Origin: a virus
Virus record (IMG/VR): IMGVR_UViG_3300010885_044958
Location: 1 to 64,000 of that record
Length of the DNA: 64,000 bases
Reading direction: 5' to 3' (one strand)
Below the pieces are notes generated by a model. The model ran no database searches, was not told where the DNA came from, and saw only the letters and a program-made list of their open reading frames with translations. The translations under genes and the position numbers were made by a program. Within the stretch, counting starts at the first letter, position 1; every line of letters begins with the position of its first letter. Positions 18,806 through 30,700 of this stretch are shown one piece after another.

Positions 18806-21800
18806 ATGAGTTATTGTAACCCACAAGGCGTAAAAGATATACATCCAACATTATTAAAGGATGCAATAGATAATTTTAAGTATCTGGTTTTTTCTAATAT
18901 TAGAAAGAATGGTAATAATATAGATCATCTTGCTGATATGTCTCCAAAAGATAGGACAGATTTATTTAATAATACTTGGAATGCATTTGAAACTAAGGTT
19001 TTAGAAAAACCAAGGGAAGCCTATGCCTATTTAAAACAACAAAACCCGGATTTTACCAAAGACCAATTGCAAGAAAAGTTTTTGCAAGAGTTTAATCCTT
19101 TAAAAAACAATATCGAATTAATCAAGCAAAAAGAAGCGTTTATAACAGAATTTTCTAATTCATTAAAAGATCTTAAATTAAATCTTACCTTTAAAGCAAA
19201 AACGCACGAACCACTTTCTTACGAAGATCTTTTAGATAAAGAATTTGGCGAAGAAGGTAGAGAAGGTATTGTAGTAGATAAATTTGGTATAGATAATGCT
19301 GATTTAGCTAGTCTTAATTTGCGTTTATTTTTTGCAAGTTTTGCAGATGAAAAATATCACGAAGGCGCAATTGTACCTAACAATAGTTGGTTTGGAATAC
19401 CTAAAACAGTAGACTATGATTTTGTAAATAGAACTATGAATTCAATAGCTCTAGATGCAGAAAATACTTTTCAGATATTAACAGAATTTGATAAAAGATT
19501 CAGATTACCTTCTGGTAGATATAAAGAAGGTTATTTATGGGGTAAAGAACTCAGAGAAGGTCTTAACTCAGGCGATTTAAGAAAACCACTTTCTCCAGAA
19601 GATGTTAGACTTATAACTGCTTTTGAAACTTATCTAAAAGGGACTAACTACGCACCTAAGCAGCTTATAATGAATAAAGGTGGTGAGAATACCATAATGG
19701 ACACCATTAACCACCGTAATGAATTAGATGCCGTAGATGCTTGGGAAAATAATGTTTTGGCAAACATCATGTCTGAAGAAAATACTTCAATGTTTTCTCA
19801 AGAAGGCGCAGAACTTGCTATAGACAGAGAATCAAAAGCTTATAAAGATTTCATAGAACCAACTACTGAATTACCTATAACTTTAGAAAAGCTAAAAACT
19901 CTTGGTGTAGAGATGCCTGTAGCAGACATTTTAGATTCACAAGATACACAAGTAAAATTAAATGATGGCACTACTAAGTCAATAAAAAATATAGTAGAAG
20001 ATTCTTATAAAGGTATTGTAGCTGCGTTGACTTCAAAAAAAGTTTCACCACAAACATTCGATGCTTTATTTTCAGAATCTGCAACAGGTAGGTTTAGAAA
20101 TCTAGCTAGAGTTTATAATGAAATATTTCCTGCAAACAAGAGATTTACTATTTTAAATGCAGACAATAAAGCACAATACATGAGACAATCTCAAAGTGTT
20201 GCAGCTCAACAATCTTTAAAAATTAATAATTTAAAATCAATAGCCGATTTAGAAACGGCAATACCATACTATAAAGCACAAGGATATCTTACACCACAAA
20301 GAAATATTGACGGACAAATAGTAATGAGTCCAACAATGAATGTTTTATTTAATGAATCAGGTCAAAGACGTACAGGTTCTAAATATGAAATAGTTTTACA
20401 ACAAGGTATTAGATCTAGAGAAACAGATGAAGGTACTAAAGAATCTAATCTAGTACAAGATGACCAACTTTTATATGCAACTAATTTAATTTTAAATAAC
20501 ACCTATCCTTTAGCAATGAATGGTGATAAAACCATGTCTTATGCAATACAACTTTCTAGACCTTATATGTTCTGGCGAGATGTAAATGGAGAAAATGGCA
20601 AACAAAATATAACAGAAACATTTTTATATTTACTTAGAGATGAAATGGATTGTGCTTGGATGGAACGAGTAAATCCTAAAAATATTAAAACTTTTTCTAA
20701 TGAGATTTATAAATTAGGTATATTTGGTAATATCTTACCCAAAGACTTATTAAAACAATTTATAGAAGAAGGTTATAATTGCAAAATAGAAAATCCTACA
20801 AAACCAGTTACTGCTTGGAAAATTACAAAAAATACAACGCAACTAGGTACTACACCAGATTTTACTACTTGGCGTGAAAAATTTATTCAGAAAAACTACA
20901 AATCTCTGCAAAACGCAATTGTATCAGAATATATAAATAATAATCAAGTAACAGCATTTATAGATAAACTAGAAGAATTAAATATAATAAAACTTGCAAA
21001 AGATGGCGCATACAAATTACAAGGCATCTCTAAGAATACAATAGAAAAGTTCTTAGGACAAGATATTTTCGGAGAAGATTCTACTAATGCTAAAAGAATG
21101 ACTTATTCTCAATTAGAAGATTTAGCTAGATATGTTTTAACTAATTATGCTATAGCTAGAGTTGAGCAAGATAAATTACATTTTGGAAATGCATCTTATT
21201 ACAAAGATCCATTTAAGAGGTGGAATATGTTTACTGCAATAAAAACTCAAATGACTTCTGATGAAGCAGTAGTAAAAGCACTTTCTCCAACAGCATTAGG
21301 CACAGATGGGTTTTTAACTAGAGTAGACAAAAGACAAGATACAATAAGTGCAACTAATCCTGATAAATTTATTCGAGTAATTTGCCATGCAGATCATATT
21401 TTTCAGCAAGAAGGTTATGAAAATATGGCTGAAGAATGGTTTAAACAACAATCTGCTTCTGGTTTAGATAAAAAGCAAATAGAAACTATTATAGGCGCAG
21501 AATTTAATTCAGACGAAACATTTAAAAAACTTATATTAATAGATAGCAAACCCGTTGGATTAGTTTCTAATTATATAGGTACAAAAGGCGCAGACTCATA
21601 TTCACATATGATACATGATTTTTATTGGAACTATCGCCAAAGACTTGGTGATATGGAAAATGATGAATATAAAATCATGAAATATGACTGGGCATATAAT
21701 ATTGAAGGTCTTTCTAATTTAAACTCAAAAGAATACCCAGGACGTAAATTTGATTTCTCGTCTGAAGTAAAACAACGAGCCAAAGAAATACTTAAAGAAT

Positions 21801-24800
21801 TTAATAATATTTGCCCGGATGTACCAATAAATTCTATAAAACCACAAGCATCTACATTTACAGATTCTGGTGTACCTGTTGCTGCAAAAACAGCTCCATC
21901 ATATTTGACTTGGAGAATTGCAGAAGGTACTGAAATGGAAAATGTTTATCTAGATGCAATAGAAAAAGGTATAGATTGGATAATGCCTGAATCTGCGCAA
22001 AAATTTGGCAATCCACAATCAATTCCACATATAGCTAATCTAGATGGATCAATGTCTTTAAAAGACAAAGATTTTCCTGTGCAAAACTGGTATCCAGAAG
22101 GTATGGGAAAACAGTCTGAAATAACTGAGCATGATTCTGTAAAGGGTTCTCAAGAGGCAAAACTTATTTATTCTAATGCAATTGCTAATCCAGAATTGGA
22201 ACAGCATATGCGAGATTCTATTGCAGCTAAAAATGAATTAACTAAGAAACTAACTAAAAAAGTATTGGCAGAATGTGCAATAGATGGGGTGCATACAGAT
22301 CCGGCTAAATTCTATTCTCAGATTAAAGATGCATTAAGAAGATCTGGTATATCAGAAGATAAACTAGAATCTTTTAATGACACAGACATGCCTTTTGATG
22401 CAAGTTCTATTAAGTCTCAGATAGAAAACATGTGCTGGTCTAAATTTAATGATGACATAGTTAATCCACATCATCCAGGTATTCAGGCAACACAGATACA
22501 TTCTATAGGCATAGAACCTATTAAATGGTCTTGGATAAACCCAGAAACAGGTCGGCATGAGCAATTGAATGCAAAACAAATAGTAGAAAAAGGTCTTTCA
22601 CAAAAAGATCTACATATAATTTCTCCAAGAACAGATATACCTAGAATAGAGAACGGTAAGATTCAACCAGTAAAAGTTATTATGGGTTGGCCTTTTAAAG
22701 GTGTAACTCCAAAACAATTAGGTTTAGATAGAGCAAAAGATTTTTCTAAAGGAACCTGGGATTTGTCTAAAGCAAAAATAGATCCAGATTTGCTTCGTGC
22801 AACAATGATTCGTATCCCTACACCTTCTATTAACTCAATTCACTATGTACAATTCCCTAGAGTATTTGATGCTTCTAGAGGTAATATAGTAGGTATAGGT
22901 TCTGGCATAGTAGTAATAGGTGGATCTGACTTTGATGGTGATAAAATGCAAGTATTTTTTAGATCTTTTAATGTATTAAAACATGATTTAGAGTCTAAAG
23001 AATTTAAAGAACTTTTATCCAAAAGAATTCTAGAATCTGATTTATCAAAACTTGGAGTAGAAACTGAAGAACAAAAGAAAGATTTAATTGCGTCCACTAC
23101 TTCAGATTTAATTTATAGAATAAATAATGCGGCAGAAACAGATGCTGGAAGAGATTTACATATTCAAGCAGGAACTAGGGATAATGACCACGAGTCTATT
23201 CAAGATATTGCTGCAGGAAATGATGCAAGTTTAGAATATTATAAACTAGTAAAAGATGTTTTACAACATTATAAAACACCTTTTGGAGATAATAAAAAAC
23301 GTATTATAAAAGTAAATCCAGAAGAAGATTCTGTAAAAGGAATCCGTAATAAACTCATGGATTATCGTGAAAAATTTCTGGAACACCCTGCAAATTATTC
23401 TGCGGTAACAACGCCACTACTTATTGGAGATCTTGAAGCACAAGCTAAAAGAATAGATGATTTAAAAGGAATTAAAGATGATGATTCAAATATTACAAAA
23501 AATCATGAACTAATAACTACTTTAGATGCTCGTAGGCAATTTATAGATGCTAAGAAAGGTCTTGGTCCAGCAGCTAGAGCATTTTCACAACATATTTGGA
23601 ATCAAGTAGCTCAATTTAGGCTTACAGGCCATTATAAAGTTCCAGGGCAATATACGTTTCTTGGATTAAATGAACCAGGTAAACCTAAAACAATTTATAA
23701 TCCGTTTACAACTGAACGAGTTCCTCTATTAGGTCAAGTATATAATGAAGGCCATCAATTAATTTCTGAGGCACTTGCAAATCTTACACAAGCCATACTC
23801 GAAGCAGCTAAAAATCCAACTGCATTTAAATTAGGAATTAATACAGATAATATAGGAGCAATATTTAATCAACTGTTACAAGGAGCCGAAGGTTATAAAA
23901 TAGCTCTTCTTGCAACACAACCTATTGTTCAAGATTTTTTACAAGCACGCAAATTAGGCGGATCACTTAATTATCAAACTAACATAGCACAAAAAGATGT
24001 AGAAACAGGTATAACTGAATCTTCTCTTAGTATGGATAAAATAGTAACTAAACTCCTATCTAAGTACGGAACTACTGTTAAAGATGCTGTTAAATCTGCA
24101 AATCTTTTAAATAAATTTACTCAAGAACAACTTGAAAGTGGTTTAGCTAAAAAAACTGATCAAGGTGCATTTTTAATAAAATATTTAGAAATGGAAATGC
24201 AAGGTAGTCCTGCATTTACCTTTAACCAAAGAATTAACTCAGATACAGTAGCTATAAAAACATTTATGGAACTTAAGAGACATAAAGCATTGTCTCAAAA
24301 AGTTGCTTCAGATGACTATATAGATAACCCAGAAGCTTTAGATAAAACATTTATTACTGAAATAGATAATGCTACCTCTCAAATAATGCAGGGTTTTGAT
24401 AAATATTTCATGACTTTGCATCCAGCATTTTCAGATTTGAATGATACAATGCTTAATTTTGTAGGTTCTCATCCTATGGATGGAGATGCACGAGACAGAA
24501 TTCTTAACAAATTTACTAACCATACAATAGACTTTTTACTTCAAACTTTACCAAATCCCCAAGGAGAATTCCTTTCTACTAAATCAAAAGATTTAATGAT
24601 TGGTGAGAATTCTATGGGCATGTTACTTGCAGACATAAAAAAATCTAAAGCAGGTGCTGCAAATCTGTGGAAAAATTTGCAACCAATAATAAATCAAGAA
24701 GGTAATGCAAATACAATGAAGATTCTGAAAATGAACCCTACTCCACACGAAATCAAACTTTTAATAGATGAAGTAAATACTAATTCTGCTCTGTCAAAAA

Positions 24801-27763
24801 ATCCTAAAATACAAGAATTTGTAAGAAATCTTGCAGGTTATAATATATTACAAGCAGGATTAAATTCTTCTAGAAACTCTATAAATAAGATTGTTCCTTA
24901 TAAACTACACAAAGATGTAGTAGAATTTGTATTTAGTCTTTATAAAGAGCATTTAGCAGCAGATACAATGCACGATTGGATTTCTCCAGACCTGCAAAAC
25001 TCTCTGCAAGAATCTTTCTTTAGAACTAACTGGTCTGATGAAAATCTTATAAAATCTGTAAAAAAACTAGAAGTAAAAGATGGTGATGAGGTGGGTGATT
25101 ATTCTATTGTGCCAGGCAAACCAGGAATAATTTTTTTACCAAACGCACATGCAGCAACTAAATATGATTATATAAAAAATGTAAAATATCTAGGTAAAGG
25201 TGAAAAGAAAACTGCAACACCAACTTTATTCAGAAAACTTGCACAAGACAAAAATAAAACTTATTATTCCAGAATAAATCCTTGGGGTAGACCCGGCATT
25301 CACGTAGAAATAAATCCTACAAATCAGCAATCTATTCATCCAGAAAATAAACCTTTTGATGAAAACGCAGAAGAATTTGTAAATAATCAAAGGACTTTGT
25401 TAGACAAGATAAATGTTGTACCTTTACCAGAAGATAAAGATTTGGAACAAGGAGATTTATTTAATCAAACCACGGCAGAATCAAAAACTGGAGAAATAGA
25501 AAAAATTAAACCAGGTATAGAAAAAGTTAAAAATACTGGATTAACTCCAGAACAAGGTAATTCATTTATAGATTTATTGCAACCGTTTATTTTACAACAA
25601 TCATATAAAGAAAATAAGGGTAAAAATGCAAACGACATGTTTCACATAGGATTAATGTGGAGCCGTAGAAATGATTCAAGATATCCTAATAAATCACAAC
25701 CAATATCTATAAAAAGTAGAGATTCTGCTTATGGATACACTATAAAAGATCAGCAAGGACGAGATTTGCCAAAATTAACTCAAGTGCAACCTATTTTAGA
25801 TTTTATTCAGTCTAAATTAGGTATTGATATGAGTAATTATGATTCAATGATTGGTAATATTTATGAAGAAAATACATTCATATCTCAACACAGAGATATA
25901 ACCGAATCTTCTGATGCGAGTAAATACCCCGTTATCGTTATAAATCTTGGCGCAGATGGTAAAATTTTATTTGGAGAAAATGCAGATACAAAACTAGGCT
26001 TAACTAATGGTTCTATTTATGCATTTGGGATTAATGGAGAAAACAGATATGAATCACATAGAACAGTTGATAAACTAGATTCTAATACTCCTTTGAAGCC
26101 ATTAGAAATGCCAAATGGTAAATCTATAAAAGATTATAGAATTACTCTTACATTTAGACGTGCTCAAGATTTAACTCCTGAAATGCCTAAATCACCAAAA
26201 CGTATTGGAGAACCAGTAGCAACTAAACCTGGACAAATTACTAAAATGTCTGATTTAACAGATCATTCTGGAGGAGCTTATGGTGCAGATACAGATTGGG
26301 ATATAATAGGTCGGAAAGAGTTTGGTTTAACTGATTTTAGACACTATAGAGAAGAAGGAAATGCAAGTTTAAGTAAAAGGCTACGTGACCTTGGTGTTAA
26401 GGCTACAATCGTCTCTAAAGAGGATTTAGCTACTGGATATGCAGAGTTAGAAAAAGTTTTTGGTAAGAAATTTTCAAAAAGTCTTGAAAATGATTTAAAA
26501 GCTAGAAACTATTTGCAAGTTAAAAATTCCGATGCCGTTTTTGCAATTGGAACTTTTAAAGCACCGGAAGTAGATAAATCTGTACCAGATAATACAATTG
26601 ATTCAACTAAATCTGTAAAATCTTATAAATTTACTCAAATTGAAGGTGGTACAAATGCAGCAGTACAAATGGCAATTGCAGTAGGAAAACCAGTGCATGT
26701 TTTTGATTTAACTTCAAAAACTTGGAATGTTTGGAATGGAACTAAATTTGTACAAGAAGAAACTCCTATTTTAACTAAAAATTTTGCAGGAATCGGCACT
26801 AGAGATATAGAAAACTATTCTGTAATGAAAGATGGTCAATGGGTTTCTAGACCTAGTTATAAAGGAATGGCTGCTGAAAAATCTGCACAAAATGCAATTC
26901 GTGATGTTTATAAAAAGACCCAAGAAAGCATTGGGCAGCCCACAACTCCTTCAGAACCAATACCAGAAGAAAAAAATACTGATATTGTACAACATAGCAA
27001 TTTTGCTAATATGATAGATAATGCAAATAAAGTTGTTAATTCAGGCAATCTTATACAAGATGTTGATGGGTCTTATTCACGCAGTAAAGAGCCACAACCA
27101 AATCTATCTTATCACATTGATAAAATATCTGGTAAAAAAATATATTTTGATGAAAATGGAGATTATTATTGGTCAGATGATAACAGTTTTAAAGTGTATA
27201 TAAAATCTAAAGGTGGCAATCCATTTGGTGAACCTATATATGACATAACCCCTGTAGAACCAATTAATTGGCAAGATAAAATATCTGAAATATATCAACA
27301 GAAATATGGTAATGCGCCAGAAATAGTACAAAAACCTAGTGCAAAAATAACTGAACCTGGTAGATATATAACATTTAAAGGTGAAACATATATTGTAACT
27401 AAATTTAATAAAAATGATACAATACAAATATATAATCCTTTAAAAGAGGGTGTCGAAGCAAAAAAATCTATTGCTGGACGCAATTTAGAATTATTGGAAT
27501 ATAAAGCAAATATAGTAACTTATAAAGATATTGATTATATAGTAACACCTAAAAACACTATAATTTCTTTAAAGACTAATAAAGTAATGAATTGGGGTGA
27601 AGAAAATGGTGATAGAAAAAATATTTTAGATTTGGCAAACCCACAAGAAAAACCAACAAAATCTAAAGAAGAATTTGTTAGTAAGTCCCGTGAAATATAT
27701 AAAATAATGAAACAAGCAAATGCAACAGAAGAAAGTATTCTGGATGCAATAAAATGCCTTTAA
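18806..27763 (+). CDS. Virion-packaged single-chain DNA-dependent RNA polymerase (crAss-type) with C-terminal AlkB-like and SLOG domains
   Basis: Catalytic GGSDFDGDK (DFDGD at 22928-22942), preceded by RIPT...SI and ESAQKFG. The size and gene context match crAss-like virion RNAPs such as phi14:2 gp66. Confidence 0.88.
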   Translation: MSYCNPQGVKDIHPTLLKDAIDNFKYLVFSNIRKNGNNIDHLADMSPKDRTDLFNNTWNAFETKVLEKPREAYAYLKQQNPDFTKDQLQEKFLQEFNPLKNNIELIKQKEAFITEFSNSLKDLKLNLTFKAKTHEPLSYEDLLDKEFGEEGREGIVVDKFGIDNADLASLNLRLFFASFADEKYHEGAIVPNNSWFGIPKTVDYDFVNRTMNSIALDAENTFQILTEFDKRFRLPSGRYKEGYLWGKELREGLNSGDLRKPLSPEDVRLITAFETYLKGTNYAPKQLIMNKGGENTIMDTINHRNELDAVDAWENNVLANIMSEENTSMFSQEGAELAIDRESKAYKDFIEPTTELPITLEKLKTLGVEMPVADILDSQDTQVKLNDGTTKSIKNIVEDSYKGIVAALTSKKVSPQTFDALFSESATGRFRNLARVYNEIFPANKRFTILNADNKAQYMRQSQSVAAQQSLKINNLKSIADLETAIPYYKAQGYLTPQRNIDGQIVMSPTMNVLFNESGQRRTGSKYEIVLQQGIRSRETDEGTKESNLVQDDQLLYATNLILNNTYPLAMNGDKTMSYAIQLSRPYMFWRDVNGENGKQNITETFLYLLRDEMDCAWMERVNPKNIKTFSNEIYKLGIFGNILPKDLLKQFIEEGYNCKIENPTKPVTAWKITKNTTQLGTTPDFTTWREKFIQKNYKSLQNAIVSEYINNNQVTAFIDKLEELNIIKLAKDGAYKLQGISKNTIEKFLGQDIFGEDSTNAKRMTYSQLEDLARYVLTNYAIARVEQDKLHFGNASYYKDPFKRWNMFTAIKTQMTSDEAVVKALSPTALGTDGFLTRVDKRQDTISATNPDKFIRVICHADHIFQQEGYENMAEEWFKQQSASGLDKKQIETIIGAEFNSDETFKKLILIDSKPVGLVSNYIGTKGADSYSHMIHDFYWNYRQRLGDMENDEYKIMKYDWAYNIEGLSNLNSKEYPGRKFDFSSEVKQRAKEILKEFNNICPDVPINSIKPQASTFTDSGVPVAAKTAPSYLTWRIAEGTEMENVYLDAIEKGIDWIMPESAQKFGNPQSIPHIANLDGSMSLKDKDFPVQNWYPEGMGKQSEITEHDSVKGSQEAKLIYSNAIANPELEQHMRDSIAAKNELTKKLTKKVLAECAIDGVHTDPAKFYSQIKDALRRSGISEDKLESFNDTDMPFDASSIKSQIENMCWSKFNDDIVNPHHPGIQATQIHSIGIEPIKWSWINPETGRHEQLNAKQIVEKGLSQKDLHIISPRTDIPRIENGKIQPVKVIMGWPFKGVTPKQLGLDRAKDFSKGTWDLSKAKIDPDLLRATMIRIPTPSINSIHYVQFPRVFDASRGNIVGIGSGIVVIGGSDFDGDKMQVFFRSFNVLKHDLESKEFKELLSKRILESDLSKLGVETEEQKKDLIASTTSDLIYRINNAAETDAGRDLHIQAGTRDNDHESIQDIAAGNDASLEYYKLVKDVLQHYKTPFGDNKKRIIKVNPEEDSVKGIRNKLMDYREKFLEHPANYSAVTTPLLIGDLEAQAKRIDDLKGIKDDDSNITKNHELITTLDARRQFIDAKKGLGPAARAFSQHIWNQVAQFRLTGHYKVPGQYTFLGLNEPGKPKTIYNPFTTERVPLLGQVYNEGHQLISEALANLTQAILEAAKNPTAFKLGINTDNIGAIFNQLLQGAEGYKIALLATQPIVQDFLQARKLGGSLNYQTNIAQKDVETGITESSLSMDKIVTKLLSKYGTTVKDAVKSANLLNKFTQEQLESGLAKKTDQGAFLIKYLEMEMQGSPAFTFNQRINSDTVAIKTFMELKRHKALSQKVASDDYIDNPEALDKTFITEIDNATSQIMQGFDKYFMTLHPAFSDLNDTMLNFVGSHPMDGDARDRILNKFTNHTIDFLLQTLPNPQGEFLSTKSKDLMIGENSMGMLLADIKKSKAGAANLWKNLQPIINQEGNANTMKILKMNPTPHEIKLLIDEVNTNSALSKNPKIQEFVRNLAGYNILQAGLNSSRNSINKIVPYKLHKDVVEFVFSLYKEHLAADTMHDWISPDLQNSLQESFFRTNWSDENLIKSVKKLEVKDGDEVGDYSIVPGKPGIIFLPNAHAATKYDYIKNVKYLGKGEKKTATPTLFRKLAQDKNKTYYSRINPWGRPGIHVEINPTNQQSIHPENKPFDENAEEFVNNQRTLLDKINVVPLPEDKDLEQGDLFNQTTAESKTGEIEKIKPGIEKVKNTGLTPEQGNSFIDLLQPFILQQSYKENKGKNANDMFHIGLMWSRRNDSRYPNKSQPISIKSRDSAYGYTIKDQQGRDLPKLTQVQPILDFIQSKLGIDMSNYDSMIGNIYEENTFISQHRDITESSDASKYPVIVINLGADGKILFGENADTKLGLTNGSIYAFGINGENRYESHRTVDKLDSNTPLKPLEMPNGKSIKDYRITLTFRRAQDLTPEMPKSPKRIGEPVATKPGQITKMSDLTDHSGGAYGADTDWDIIGRKEFGLTDFRHYREEGNASLSKRLRDLGVKATIVSKEDLATGYAELEKVFGKKFSKSLENDLKARNYLQVKNSDAVFAIGTFKAPEVDKSVPDNTIDSTKSVKSYKFTQIEGGTNAAVQMAIAVGKPVHVFDLTSKTWNVWNGTKFVQEETPILTKNFAGIGTRDIENYSVMKDGQWVSRPSYKGMAAEKSAQNAIRDVYKKTQESIGQPTTPSEPIPEEKNTDIVQHSNFANMIDNANKVVNSGNLIQDVDGSYSRSKEPQPNLSYHIDKISGKKIYFDENGDYYWSDDNSFKVYIKSKGGNPFGEPIYDITPVEPINWQDKISEIYQQKYGNAPEIVQKPSAKITEPGRYITFKGETYIVTKFNKNDTIQIYNPLKEGVEAKKSIAGRNLELLEYKANIVTYKDIDYIVTPKNTIISLKTNKVMNWGEENGDRKNILDLANPQEKPTKSKEEFVSKSREIYKIMKQANATEESILDAIKCL

Positions 27764-27781
27764 GAAAAAATAAAATTAGAT

Positions 27782-30700
27782 ATGCAAGCCTGTCCAGATA
27801 AAAACAATCCATTATACCAAGACTTAGAAAAAGAATTAGGTGAGATAAACGCACTAGCAAGTTTTCACATGCTTGGTACTGGAGAAATTCCTAGTATTGA
27901 AAAAGCTCGTGAATTATTAGAACCAAAACAAAATATTGAAAATAAAGGTTTTGGTGTTGGTATATTGAATCCTAAATATAATCAACTATCTTTTGCAGCA
28001 CAAAAGCATCTTGGTGCTTATTTGGAAAAATCTCGCGGGTTATTGCCCCCTCAATTTTTTGACGAAGGCACTAGAAAATTATGGGTTAAGTCTAGTACTA
28101 AAAAAAGTAGTAAACAATATAATATTATAGATCCGGAATCTGGAGAAATAATTGCAGAAAAGCAAAGGCTTGATATAAATCAAAAACAATCTTGGCAAGA
28201 TAAACAAACAAAAGTTGCTAATGAAATTAATGATTTAAAAACTAAATCAGAAGAACAAAAAAAATATGGAATAGGTGAAATTGTTCTAGGAAAAAGATCT
28301 GGAGTAGAAAAAGATGTATCTGTAGCAAGAAAAGTTGCATTTTTAGCGTATCTAAATAAACCTTCTAAGGAAAGATATGTGAGAACTGCTGCAAACTATT
28401 TATATGAAGGAGCAAAGTTTAGTGGGGTAAATATTCCAGTAACTATTATCGAAAAGATGCTAGAAAGATTTCCAAAAGAAATTTGGGATTATATTATAGC
28501 TAAAAAAACTGTTGAAGAACCTACATTAGGTGCATTAACTCGTGGCCATATTCCAGAAATTACTAGTATAAGTAAAATATCTAAAATTAAAGCAATTGAA
28601 AAAGCGTTAGGTGTGGAGCTTTTAGGTAAAGAATTTAAAACAAGAAGAAGCTATAATAATTTTGATGATAGACAATGGGGTGAAAATATAAAAATAGATC
28701 CTAAAAACAGAGGTAAATATTTATCTGCTGATATACGTGAATATCTTGAACAAAAAGGTCTTGCAAAACCCCCTATTTCTGATGATGAAGGTATGCGTAA
28801 TTATGCAGAAATTCATAATATGACTTTAGAACAAGTAAAAGAACTTGTAACACCAAAAGAACAAGCAAATGAAGATGGTTTATATATAGGTACTGAAAAT
28901 TATGACATGGAAATGTCTAAATTTCGGCAAAACGTATTTAATACTTCTAAAACAGATGTTGCAATGCATAATGCAACTACACAACTTAAAAAAGATATTT
29001 CTGCTAAATTACAAGAAAAAATTAAATCAGGTGCAATTAAATCAGGATGGTTAGAAACAGGATTTCATTTATTTGATATATTATTTAATAAAGTTGGATG
29101 GCAAGAATTAGACCAAGCAGGTGATCCTAGTTTTCACACCGCATTTAATAGATTAGCTGCAATTGTTCATGAACCATTTCATGTAATGCACGCATTAACT
29201 TATGGTACTGAAGAAGAACGTGCAATGAAAAATGCCTGGGATCAATTATATTCTACTAAAATAGGCAGAGAAATAGTTGATTCTATGGAGTTACAAAATA
29301 GTTCTGAACATGTTAAATATGCAGAAACAGTTGCACATTTATTTCAAGCAATAATTCTACCGCCAGAATATTTAAAAAATCTTTCCCCAAAATACAAAAT
29401 TCTTTCAGACGCATACGCATATATACAGTTTAAATTAAATAACCCGGAATCTAAAGAAGAACCTTTAGGGGAAGAAACAAACAGTTCTTATACTGAAATT
29501 GAAAAGAAAGATGCTTTGAGCTTTTTTCAAAAATTTTTAAATTGGTTAATAAAAGCGTTTAATAAAGTTGCTGAATTTTTTGGAAAAGAACTACCATATT
29601 TAGAAAGAAATGTAGACATAGAAAAGGAACATGTTGGTGAAGATGAAAAACCTTCAAAACTAACTCCCTCTAAAGATTTGCAAACTCATGAAAAAGATTT
29701 TGTTGCTGCAATGGATAATTTATCTGCATCAATAGAACAATTATTAGATATAGATAAAAATAAAATAACTACAAATAAATCTGGAGAATTTTTTGCAGGT
29801 GCGGCAGACTTTAATATGGGTGAATCAAATATTGAACCTACTTCAGAGCAACCAACTCTATTTGACAATTCATTACCGTTTAATGAAGTAAAAGATAAAA
29901 TCTTAACAGGCTTTACAAAATACACCCTATATCCAAAAAGAATAGGTGATATAAAACTAAAAGATTCTTATACTACTAAAGAAGGTAAAATGAATAAAGA
30001 GGTTGCAAAATCTATGCAAAATTGGGTAGACGGTATTCCTGAATTTAAATCTGCTCAAATAGAATATAGTGCTGTAGAAAATGCAATTCGTATAATGCCG
30101 AGCCAGAAATTTTTTCCACAAACTGGCAGTATCACAGGAAATCAATATGTAAATCCAACATTTGAAACTAGTTCAGGATTAACTCCAAATCAAAATGTCA
30201 CACCTACTTCAGAACCTAATTACAAAAATACTAACAATCTTACACCAGAATCTTTTGAGAAATCAATAGATAAGATGAAAGATATGCAAAACAAAATAGA
30301 ACTGCATGACTTAATAACAGATCCAATAACAGGACAAGTAAGAGAACATAAATATACAGAAGAACTACCAGATGGTACAAGATTTATTGCAGACGGTTCT
30401 GTAACTAGTGTGGTAGTAGAAAAGAAACTTAAAAACTTTGGTTCTGGGCTACCACAAGATGATGTAGATAAAAAAATAGCAATCATTGCCTCTGAATCAG
30501 GAACTTTAGTGCATGGTTATGCCGAAAATGTTTGGAAAAATATTCTAGACAAAGATGGCAAACTATTACCAGATTCTGAATTTAAAGAAGATAATGAACC
30601 AAAACCTTCAGAAGGAGTAAATTATAGAATATATAATAAAATTCAACCATTTATAGAGAATTTTGCAAAGACTTTTCCAGAAGGCACTAGATTTTTCACA

